Shown here in pieces: positions 17,874 through 24,651 of a stretch of 32,000 nucleotides of DNA; position 1 is the stretch's first letter, and each line of letters starts with the position of its first letter. This DNA is from Corynebacterium amycolatum. Its GTDB lineage: Bacteria > Actinomycetota > Actinomycetes > Mycobacteriales > Mycobacteriaceae. The translations under genes and the position numbers were made by a program. The notes under the pieces were generated by a model, which was given only the letters and a program-made list of their open reading frames with translations, was not told the origin of the DNA and searched no databases. Where the stretch lies: NCBI RefSeq assembly GCF_049243625.1, contig NZ_CP046975.1; one strand, written 5' to 3'.

Positions 17874-19007
17874 TCAGTTCTGCGACAGCAAATCCGCTAC
17901 TTCCGCAACAAGCCGCCGCACACTCGCGTCATCCCGCACGGCCAGCCGCCACCACGAACCGTCCAGGCCGGCAAAGGTGTCGCAACGCCGCACGGCTACT
18001 CCGCGCGCAGCGAGCCGCTGTCTCAGACGCTCATGCTTGACGACGTCAACCTCCGCAGCACCCTGCCCATCGTGAGAACTCCGGTCACCTCCCGGACGCG
18101 CCAGGACAAAGGGAGCCTCGGAATCCAACACTTGCCAGCCGGCGGCCACTAGCAGCTGGGTCATAGACTCGCGCTGCTGACGAATCTCGGCACGAATTTC
18201 TGATAGCAGCTCTTCCTCACGACGCGCGATTTCCGCCATAGCGGTAAGTTGCAACGTGCCCAGCGGCCAGTGCGGACGCCGTCGCGCCAGCTGTGCCAGG
18301 AGCTCCGGGTGACCGAGTGCGTAACCGCAGCGCAGACCTGCGATTGCCCAGGTCTTAGTCATACTGCGGAAAACGATGACATTATCGGGGATTCTGTTCG
18401 CTTCCCCCGGCCTGCAATCGGCTAGCGAGCACCGCCGAATAATCTCGCCATCGGCGACGTCCATAAACGCCTCATCCACGACCAGGATTCCACAACGGCT
18501 GGCGAGCCCCCGCAGGTCATTCGCTGAATGAGCAACGCCGGTGGGGTTGGTCGGATTGCCGATGATGACCATCCGGCCTTCAAGCTGCTGGGAATGCGGG
18601 AAGGATGCGTTCTCGTGGACGTCGGCAAGCGTAGGCATGAGCGTGTACGGCGACGGCAGTACCAGCGAATCCACCTCGACTCCTGCGGCGAGGAAGGCGG
18701 CTTCGGGTTCGGTGAACTGCGGCTGGACGATTGTGGCGGGCAAGCCCAAGTGAGGCAAGAGCGAGAAGCCCTCGGCGACGCCGTGGAGAAGCAGTACCTC
18801 GTCGGCGCTGCGATTGTGGTTGGCGGCGATGGCGGCGCGGACGTCGGCATCGAGCTGCGCCGACGGATACGCGGCAAGTTCTCCGAGGGACGTGGCCAGC
18901 GAGTGCTGTAGCCACTGCGGTGTGGTGCCGTGGACATTGACGGCAAAGTCCAGGTCAGCGCCATGGGCGGCCTGGTCGCCATGATAGCGCAGCGGGTCGT
19001 CTAACAT
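17874..19007 (-). CDS. cobC: Class I/II PLP-dependent aminotransferase-fold protein, Rv2231c/CobC family (putative threonine-phosphate decarboxylase)
   Basis: The PLP-lysine block FRSMTKTWAIAGLRCGYALG and the IIGNPTNPTG motif are present. Position relative to nif3 and the HAD gene matches the mycobacterial cobC. Confidence 0.78.
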   Translation of the reverse strand: MLDDPLRYHGDQAAHGADLDFAVNVHGTTPQWLQHSLATSLGELAAYPSAQLDADVRAAIAANHNRSADEVLLLHGVAEGFSLLPHLGLPATIVQPQFTEPEAAFLAAGVEVDSLVLPSPYTLMPTLADVHENASFPHSQQLEGRMVIIGNPTNPTGVAHSANDLRGLASRCGILVVDEAFMDVADGEIIRRCSLADCRPGEANRIPDNVIVFRSMTKTWAIAGLRCGYALGHPELLAQLARRRPHWPLGTLQLTAMAEIARREEELLSEIRAEIRQQRESMTQLLVAAGWQVLDSEAPFVLARPGGDRSSHDGQGAAEVDVVKHERLRQRLAARGVAVRRCDTFAGLDGSWWRLAVRDDASVRRLVAEVADLLSQN

Positions 19008-19033
19008 GCCATCCAGCCTAATGACCTTTTAGG

Positions 19034-19723
19034 ATGAACAATATGTCCACTGGCCATCGCCCCACTGTCCTTATTGATGTCGACGGCACCATCGCCGATT
19101 CTCTCCCCGCAATCGCACATGGATTTCGCCTTGCATTGGAGGAAATTGACCGCCCACTTCCGCCTGAGAGCTTTATCAACACGATTCCCGGGCCGCCAAT
19201 GGTGGAAACACTCGCATCTCTCGGGCTTTCCGACGAACAGGTCGACCGAGCCTTCGCTGTGTATATGGAGCATCAACACGCCGGTGCTTGGCAGCGTGCC
19301 GAGATGTTCCCCGGCTGGCCGGAGCTCCTGCGCGATTGGCGGGCAGCAGGCGTACAGCTAGCCACTGCGACTTCCAAGGGCGAGTACTTCGCCTGCAAGA
19401 CCCTGGACAATTTCGGACTTCTCGACGCCTTTGACTTCATCGGCGCCGCCAGCGACGACGGCTCACGGCAGACAAAGACTGAGGTCATTGAGTACACGCT
19501 CAAGGAGTTGGGCATTGAACCCGATGAAGCAGTGCGCCCGCGTGGTTCGGTCGTAATGGTCGGCGATCGCATCCATGATTTTGAGGGCGCAGCACAGTTC
19601 GGCATCCCCGCCATCGCTGTTAAATGGGGCTACGGCTCAGAATCTGAGTGGGCATCGGCAGCGGCGGTGGCGTCGTCGCCTGGGGACCTGAATCGTGTTG
19701 TGCGGGAAATGCTGTATCTTTAA
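19034..19723 (+). CDS. HAD-superfamily hydrolase-fold protein (phosphoglycolate-phosphatase-like; positional equivalent of PtkA)
   Basis: HAD motif I is VLIDVDGTIADS, motif II is ATSK and motif IV is MVGDRIHD. An alternative start is ATG 19043. Confidence 0.8.
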   Translation: MNNMSTGHRPTVLIDVDGTIADSLPAIAHGFRLALEEIDRPLPPESFINTIPGPPMVETLASLGLSDEQVDRAFAVYMEHQHAGAWQRAEMFPGWPELLRDWRAAGVQLATATSKGEYFACKTLDNFGLLDAFDFIGAASDDGSRQTKTEVIEYTLKELGIEPDEAVRPRGSVVMVGDRIHDFEGAAQFGIPAIAVKWGYGSESEWASAAAVASSPGDLNRVVREMLYL

Positions 19724-19785
19724 GACTCGTCAACGATTAGTGACAATCCTATTTTTATTTTCCGAGAAGTTTGGTTTTGCCTATT

Positions 19786-20295
19786 ATGCTTATGAACTCG
19801 TCGCATCGTACTGAGTCCGTGTACGTCGTGTTTGTCTGCTCCGGAAATATCTGCCGCTCCCCCATGGCTGAAATCATCGTCCGTGACGCAGTTGAAGCCA
19901 ATGCGCTTGCCGACGATGTCCTGCTCGCCTCCTGCGGAATCGGCGGCTGGCATGTCGGCGAACCCGCCGACGAGCGGGCGCAAGCCGAGCTGGAAAATGC
20001 CGGCTACGACCCAAATCACACCGCCGCACAGCTAGGCGATGAGCACATGGATGCAACGCTTTTCATCGCCATGGATGAATCGCACATCAATGGTCTACTC
20101 CGCGCTGGCGTGCCAAAAGAAAAGATTCGCCTGCTGCGTTCCTTCGACCCGGCGTCCCCGAAGGGTGCCGTCGTGGCCGATCCCTACTACGGTGGCCCGG
20201 AGGGGTTCGTCCGCACTCGAAACGAAATTGAGGCCGCGACGCCGGGCATCATCGCATGGTTGCGTGAGACTCTGGCGCTGGCCTCTGAACGTTAA
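19786..20295 (+). CDS. ptpA: Low-molecular-weight protein-tyrosine phosphatase
   Basis: The CX5R(S/T) P-loop VCSGNICRSP and the DPYY acid loop are present. The start is ATG 19786 or 19792; the TTG 19771 ORF start is unlikely. Confidence 0.9.
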   Translation: MLMNSSHRTESVYVVFVCSGNICRSPMAEIIVRDAVEANALADDVLLASCGIGGWHVGEPADERAQAELENAGYDPNHTAAQLGDEHMDATLFIAMDESHINGLLRAGVPKEKIRLLRSFDPASPKGAVVADPYYGGPEGFVRTRNEIEAATPGIIAWLRETLALASER

Positions 20296-20915
20296 GGTTT
20301 CAAAACAACCTTTTCTTTTGTTTTATTGGCATTGCCTCGGTTTCGGAACGCCCAAATCTTATTCAAGATGAAGTTAGCGGGCGTGCCCAAGATGACACCG
20401 ATGAGGTTTGCCCAGTAGAGGCGGTTCCTAAAACCGGTGGAGTCGTCGAAAATGTCCGTTGGCAGTGCCAGCGGCGAGGTGGGGTTAGTCAGCAGCGTAA
20501 TGACAACCAGGTTCACAATCAGTGCTGAGATACCTGCAAATAAAAACGGGAAGAACTGTCTAAACCAGTTCGGGCGATTGTCAGTTCGGAAAGTCCAGGA
20601 CCGGTTGAGCTGGAAGTTCCAAATATTAGCCACGACAAACGCCAGAGTTGCATAGACGTGGGAGTAACGGATATTCCACCGTGTTCCGAACAGGTTCAAA
20701 AACACGTCGTGTTCATTGGTGCCCAGACTGAGACCCAACTTGCGGGCAATGATCACGACAATCAGGTTGACAACCACACCTGTGCCGCCGACCAGACCGA
20801 ACTTGATGAACTGGCGCGAGACTGTGCTGAAGCGACGTGAAGGCGAAGATTTCGCTGTTTGCGTGCCCACCACGACACCTCTCTTTCCATCTATCCCGGG
20901 TAGATTCCCCGTCAA
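20292..20915 (-). CDS. GtrA-family membrane protein
   Basis: The GtrA signature RQFIKFGLVGGTGVVVNLIV is present, with four hydrophobic segments and …NFILNKIWAFR near the C-terminus. The exact start is uncertain. Confidence 0.75.
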   Translation of the reverse strand: MTGNLPGIDGKRGVVVGTQTAKSSPSRRFSTVSRQFIKFGLVGGTGVVVNLIVVIIARKLGLSLGTNEHDVFLNLFGTRWNIRYSHVYATLAFVVANIWNFQLNRSWTFRTDNRPNWFRQFFPFLFAGISALIVNLVVITLLTNPTSPLALPTDIFDDSTGFRNRLYWANLIGVILGTPANFILNKIWAFRNRGNANKTKEKVVLKP

Positions 20916-21090
20916 ATACGCTCAAACAACTTTACCCGAAGTTCACTCAATCTCCGCGCAGGTGAATCCTTGTGAAAGCGAGATTTCCCTCACGGCAATC
21001 AGCCTTTTCCTCCCCCTCATCACCTCATCAGCACTGTGCTCATTTGGTATGCACTTTTAAAACAGGTGCCACTGCCCACCCGCCACAACA

Positions 21091-21135
21091 GTGCCATCCG
21101 CTCTAGTGCCAGCCGCTCTGGTGCCAGCCACAGCA
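21091..21135. repeat. Three tandem 15-nt repeats, plus a fourth related copy at 21066-21080
   Basis: The tandem units are gtgccatccgctcta, gtgccagccgctctg and gtgccagccacagca. The related unit is gtgccactgcccacc at 21066. The array ends 13 nt before the SURF1 ATG. Confidence 0.75.
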
Positions 21136-21148
21136 CCGGGTAAGCTCA

Positions 21149-22135
21149 ATGAATGTGTTTAAGAATGTGCGCCAGTTTCTGACCCCTGGATGGGTTCTCA
21201 CTGCGATTGTCGCCATTGCGTTTTCCTATCTCGCATTTACTGTTCTGGCTCCGTGGCAGTTGGGTAAGAACACCGCGACGCAGCATCGCAATCAGCAGCT
21301 TGAGCACTCATTCGAGCTCAACCCCGTAGATGTCAACGAGCTAATGCCCAAGGGCAAAGGCTTCGTCGAGGGCAACGAATGGCGTCGCGTTACCGCCACC
21401 GGGTCCTTCCTGCCGGATACCCGCGTACTATTGCGTAACCGCCCAGTAAATGGCGCACCCGCTGTCCAGGTACTCGATGTCTTCGTCGCTAACAATGGCG
21501 AAAACTACCTGGTCAACCGTGGCTTTGTGCGTCCTACAGACTCCAGCACCCCCAATGTTGAGCCAGCCCCGAAGGGCACCTTGACTATCTCGGCCTTTAT
21601 CCGCCGAAACGAGGTTCCCGCCGAGACCGCCCCAATCCCCGGCACCCCGCCGCAGGTCTACGGAATCAATACCAAGGAAGTGTCCGAGCTCGTCGGCACC
21701 GAACTCAACCCCGATTGGCTTCAGCTCTCGGACAAATCCGATGCCGTCATCGAGGCCATTCCGCTGCCCACCCTGGAGTCCGGCCCCTACCTCTCCTACG
21801 GCATCCAGTGGATCTTCTTCGGCGCTCTCGTGCCGCTGGCTGTCGTCTGGTTCATTCGCGCCGAGATTGTCGAACGCAAACGCGACCGCGCGGAGCAGGA
21901 GGAGATGGCCAAGAATCTCCGCGATGCCGAAGCCGCAGAACCAGTCGATTACGCTGATGACACCGAGGACGCGGCACCCGAATCGGACGACGACGCCACT
22001 CCCACCTCTCCGCCGGCTAAGCCCGAAGAGGATCGCGCCGCTGAGCTGCACCGTCAGCGCATGGCGCAGCGCTACGGCAACACTGGCCACCGCGCCGCAG
22101 GTTATCGCGATAACCGATACGACGAGCGTTTCTAA
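21149..22135 (+). CDS. SURF1-family protein (cytochrome oxidase assembly)
   Basis: An N-terminal TM segment is followed by LAPWQLGKN. A C-terminal TM segment follows YLSYGIQWIFFGALVPL. There is then an acidic, Pro-rich extension of about 90 aa. Confidence 0.8.
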   Translation: MNVFKNVRQFLTPGWVLTAIVAIAFSYLAFTVLAPWQLGKNTATQHRNQQLEHSFELNPVDVNELMPKGKGFVEGNEWRRVTATGSFLPDTRVLLRNRPVNGAPAVQVLDVFVANNGENYLVNRGFVRPTDSSTPNVEPAPKGTLTISAFIRRNEVPAETAPIPGTPPQVYGINTKEVSELVGTELNPDWLQLSDKSDAVIEAIPLPTLESGPYLSYGIQWIFFGALVPLAVVWFIRAEIVERKRDRAEQEEMAKNLRDAEAAEPVDYADDTEDAAPESDDDATPTSPPAKPEEDRAAELHRQRMAQRYGNTGHRAAGYRDNRYDERF

Positions 22136-23091
22136 CTCTCAGCTCGCGCTTTCACTCGTCGGATACATCCGGCAATTACTGCTGCTCCGGCGCAGCTGAG
22201 CGCAACAATGTTTTGTACTCGCTTGCTCAGCCCTGCGGCACGCCGCACATCGGCCACCGCAGGCCTCCGACCACTGCCAAGCACCGGGCGCATCTCCACT
22301 CCGCTGGGATACACCGTCGCGCCGCCCAGCTGCAGCCCCAGCGCGCCTGCAGCGCTTGCCTCCACGACGCCCGCGTTTGGACTTGGGTGGTTGTCGGCGT
22401 CTCGTCGCCACGCTGCCAATGCTTGACGACGGTCCGGACCTGCAACCACAGTTGCGACAGCTGTAAGTCTCGCGGGGAAGAACCCGACGACGTCGTCAAG
22501 CCGTGCACTGGCCCACCCGAACTGCCGATAGCGAGCGTTGCGGTACCCCACCATCGCGTCGAGGGTATTAGCCGCTCGATGAGCGACCACACCAGGAGCG
22601 CCTGCAATGGCACCCCACATGAGAGTGCCGGTGACTGCGTCGGAGGTATTTTCAGCGAGCGATTCGACGGTCGCTCGGGCGATGCCATCAGCGTCGAGAG
22701 CTTCCGGATCACGCGAACACAACCACGGCACAAGTTCGCGGGCGGCATCGATGTCGCCGGAAGTGAGTCGGTCAGTCATGCGCTCGCCAGTACGGCGGAG
22801 AGTGGTGCCGCCGAGCGAAGCCCACGTGGCGGCAGCCAGCGTGAGACTCGGTGCGACTGTGCTGGCTGCGGCGGCAAGCGCTACCGGCGTGGCCACTGCG
22901 ATTGCGGTGAACGCCACACCGCGCGCTTTGGAGTCGGCGTAGATTCGGCACTCAAGTTTGCTGACGGCCTGCCCGTAGAGGGCCACCGGATGGTGATTGG
23001 TGGGATCTGCGAAAATGCGGTCAAGTGCATACCCCACTGCGATGGCCGCTCCACGCCGCCAGAGGTGTCGACTTCTGGCATGTGTACACAA
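22132..23091 (-). CDS. cobD: Adenosylcobinamide-phosphate synthase CobD/CbiB
   Basis: AIAVGYALDRIFADPTNHHPVALYGQAVSKLE is the typical CbiB N-terminus, and the product is a membrane protein. I prefer TTG 23091, 1 nt after the upstream TAG, because ATG 23142 would overlap the upstream gene by 50 nt. Confidence 0.82.
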   Translation of the reverse strand: MCTHARSRHLWRRGAAIAVGYALDRIFADPTNHHPVALYGQAVSKLECRIYADSKARGVAFTAIAVATPVALAAAASTVAPSLTLAAATWASLGGTTLRRTGERMTDRLTSGDIDAARELVPWLCSRDPEALDADGIARATVESLAENTSDAVTGTLMWGAIAGAPGVVAHRAANTLDAMVGYRNARYRQFGWASARLDDVVGFFPARLTAVATVVAGPDRRQALAAWRRDADNHPSPNAGVVEASAAGALGLQLGGATVYPSGVEMRPVLGSGRRPAVADVRRAAGLSKRVQNIVALSCAGAAVIAGCIRRVKARAES

Positions 23092-23092
23092 T

Positions 23093-23722
23093 CTAATCAA
23101 ATTGCCCCTGCAGAACGGCTGCGACATCGAGCGGAGTGACATGCGCTGCCGGATGGCGGTGCTGCGATGCGGCCATCAAGGTGTAATCACAAGTGTGCCG
23201 GATACCGAGCAAGTGCCCAAACTCGTGGGCAAGAGTGCTGCGAATTGCATCGGGATAGAGAGTGGAAGTAACGAAAACCGTCATCTCCTTACTAATTTCC
23301 GATGCAGAAGCCAAGACGCGCGAGTCCGGCCTTGGCACATAGCGAACGTTCACAGTATCCGAATCAGCCTTGTCCTTGGTCACTTCCCGAAGCACAACCT
23401 TGCCACCGAGCTTTTCATTCCACTCTTGAGTAGCAGCATCTAGCTGTGCGCGGTACGGAAAATCTGGGGCAACAACGTAATCCAAAGTGCCGTCGGCAAT
23501 ATAGGAAGGCATCTGATCCGAGAGATGGAGAATCGACGGATTATCCACCGGCTCGCCCGCATTTGCAGCCTTGACCATTGCTTTACAGGTGGCCGAATCG
23601 ATTATCGGTTTACCATCCCCGCCGATTGCGTAGGCGGGAGCGCCCGCGAGCAGAGATCCGACAAAAACAATGGTGGCAAGCGATTTTGTAAAACGCACAG
23701 ACCGGAAGTTTAGCACAAACAA
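23093..23722 (-). CDS. Secreted zinc metalloprotease, snapalysin (M7)/metzincin-like
   Basis: The zinc motif HEFGHLLGIRH (HExxHxxGxxH) is followed by …YTLM. The signal peptide is RFTKSLATIVFVGSLLAGAPAYA. The likely true start is GTG 23698 or 23716 rather than TTG 23722. Confidence 0.75.
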   Translation of the reverse strand: MFVLNFRSVRFTKSLATIVFVGSLLAGAPAYAIGGDGKPIIDSATCKAMVKAANAGEPVDNPSILHLSDQMPSYIADGTLDYVVAPDFPYRAQLDAATQEWNEKLGGKVVLREVTKDKADSDTVNVRYVPRPDSRVLASASEISKEMTVFVTSTLYPDAIRSTLAHEFGHLLGIRHTCDYTLMAASQHRHPAAHVTPLDVAAVLQGQFD

Positions 23723-23762
23723 AATCCGCCCGGATTCTCCGTTACAAGAATCCGGGCGGATT
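23716..23762 (-). terminator. Intrinsic terminator of tRNA-Val
   Basis: A perfect 15-bp stem (23723-23737 aatccgcccggattc with 23748-23762 gaatccgggcggatt) encloses a 10-nt loop. On the minus strand it is followed by TTTTGTTTGTG. Confidence 0.75.
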
Positions 23763-23769
23763 ATATCTG

Positions 23770-23841
23770 TGCGGCGAGAGGGTTTCGAACCCCCGACCGC
23801 TGGTGTGTAAAACCAGAGCTCTACCGCTGAGCTATCGCCGC
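23770..23841 (-). tRNA. tRNA-Val (anticodon UAC)
   Basis: The minus strand reads GCGGCGATAGCTCAGCGGTAGAGCTCTGGTTTTACACACCAGCGGTCGGGGGTTCGAAACCCTCTCGCCGCA. All four cloverleaf arms pair, with U8, a TTCGAAA T-loop and anticodon loop TT-TAC-AC. CCA is not encoded. Confidence 0.95.
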
Positions 23842-23964
23842 GCTGCTGCGAAACTCTAACACACGGAAAACATAGATTGCCAATTGCGCACTACAAACAG
23901 CGTTTATGTCGATTGTTTCAACAGCTCAGCTAGTAGCCGATTCAAACGGGACAGCTAGAGCCGG

Positions 23965-24375
23965 TTAGCTAGAGCGCTGCACCAGGCAATTGCCCTGCCA
24001 ATCCCCCAGCCGAAGCGCCGAGGTGTTGGAGAAACCTGCCAGCTGTGCGGACTCGTCAATCACGCCAGGATCAATGGCACCCGGCTGACCAGCGCCCGGC
24101 GTGAGTAGCCAAACGCGACCTTCATCCTCCAAAGGGCGGGAAGCATCCACAAGACCATCGACCAAGTCGCCGTCTTCTTCACGCCACCACAGCAATACGA
24201 CGTCGACAACTTCATCCGTGTCTTCGTCGAGCAGGTCTGCATCCAGGAAATTCTCGACCGACTCACTGATTGCTGAGTCACAGTCTGTATCCCAGCCAAC
24301 CTCCTGGACTAGCTGACCTTCCTTGATGCCGAGCCTGCTCGCATATTCATGAGCAGCGCCTGTGGCGTTGACCAC
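23965..24375 (-). CDS. DUF3052 domain-containing protein (Rv2239c-like)
   Basis: 136 aa with …LGIKEGQLVQEVGWDTDCD…DVVLLWWREEDGDLVDGLVDA…GRVWLLTPGAG…, the conserved actinobacterial pattern found upstream of aceE. Confidence 0.72.
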   Translation of the reverse strand: MVNATGAAHEYASRLGIKEGQLVQEVGWDTDCDSAISESVENFLDADLLDEDTDEVVDVVLLWWREEDGDLVDGLVDASRPLEDEGRVWLLTPGAGQPGAIDPGVIDESAQLAGFSNTSALRLGDWQGNCLVQRSS

Positions 24376-24638
24376 TTCCCTTTTCCTCCTCTAGAAAAAA
24401 TATTCAGCTCGATTTTTCGAACTATGTGGAGAAATTTTACCGCTCAAATACATTTTTCACAGCTGCAAAATAAGAATTTCCCCAAAAAGGTGCAGTTTTC
24501 GCGGTGTTCTTCGCAATGTTCGTCGTAAAGCCAAGCGGATTATTCGGTGAAAGCGTGTGTAAGAAACGGCTAGGGGCACAACAAACGATTCAGAAGTAGA
24601 GTGGAGAACAATAACCTTTGCCTTTCCTTCAGGGACTG

Positions 24639-24645
24639 AAAGGAG
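24639..24645 (+). promoter_or_regulatory. Ribosome-binding site of aceE
   Basis: gAAAGGAGctcacaATG: the Shine-Dalgarno core sits 6-7 nt before ATG 24652. Confidence 0.55.
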
Positions 24646-24651
24646 CTCACA

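Noticed and set aside
22213-23139. 308-aa ORF on the + strand
   Set aside because: It is antisense to cobD/cbiB, whose minus-strand translation has the canonical CbiB N-terminus. The + strand product is Arg/Cys/His-rich with no recognisable features.
23093-23964. Genomic island integrated at tRNA-Val
   Set aside because: The adjacent protease gene is lower in GC. However, I saw no integrase, no phage or transposon genes and no direct repeat of the tRNA 3' end. At most this is an old single-gene acquisition.
24611-24625. RamB-type operator upstream of aceE (ataacctttgccttt)
   Set aside because: It only loosely resembles the A(A/G)AACTTTGCAAA consensus. I cannot score it without a matrix, so it is mentioned only in a finding and not called as a feature.
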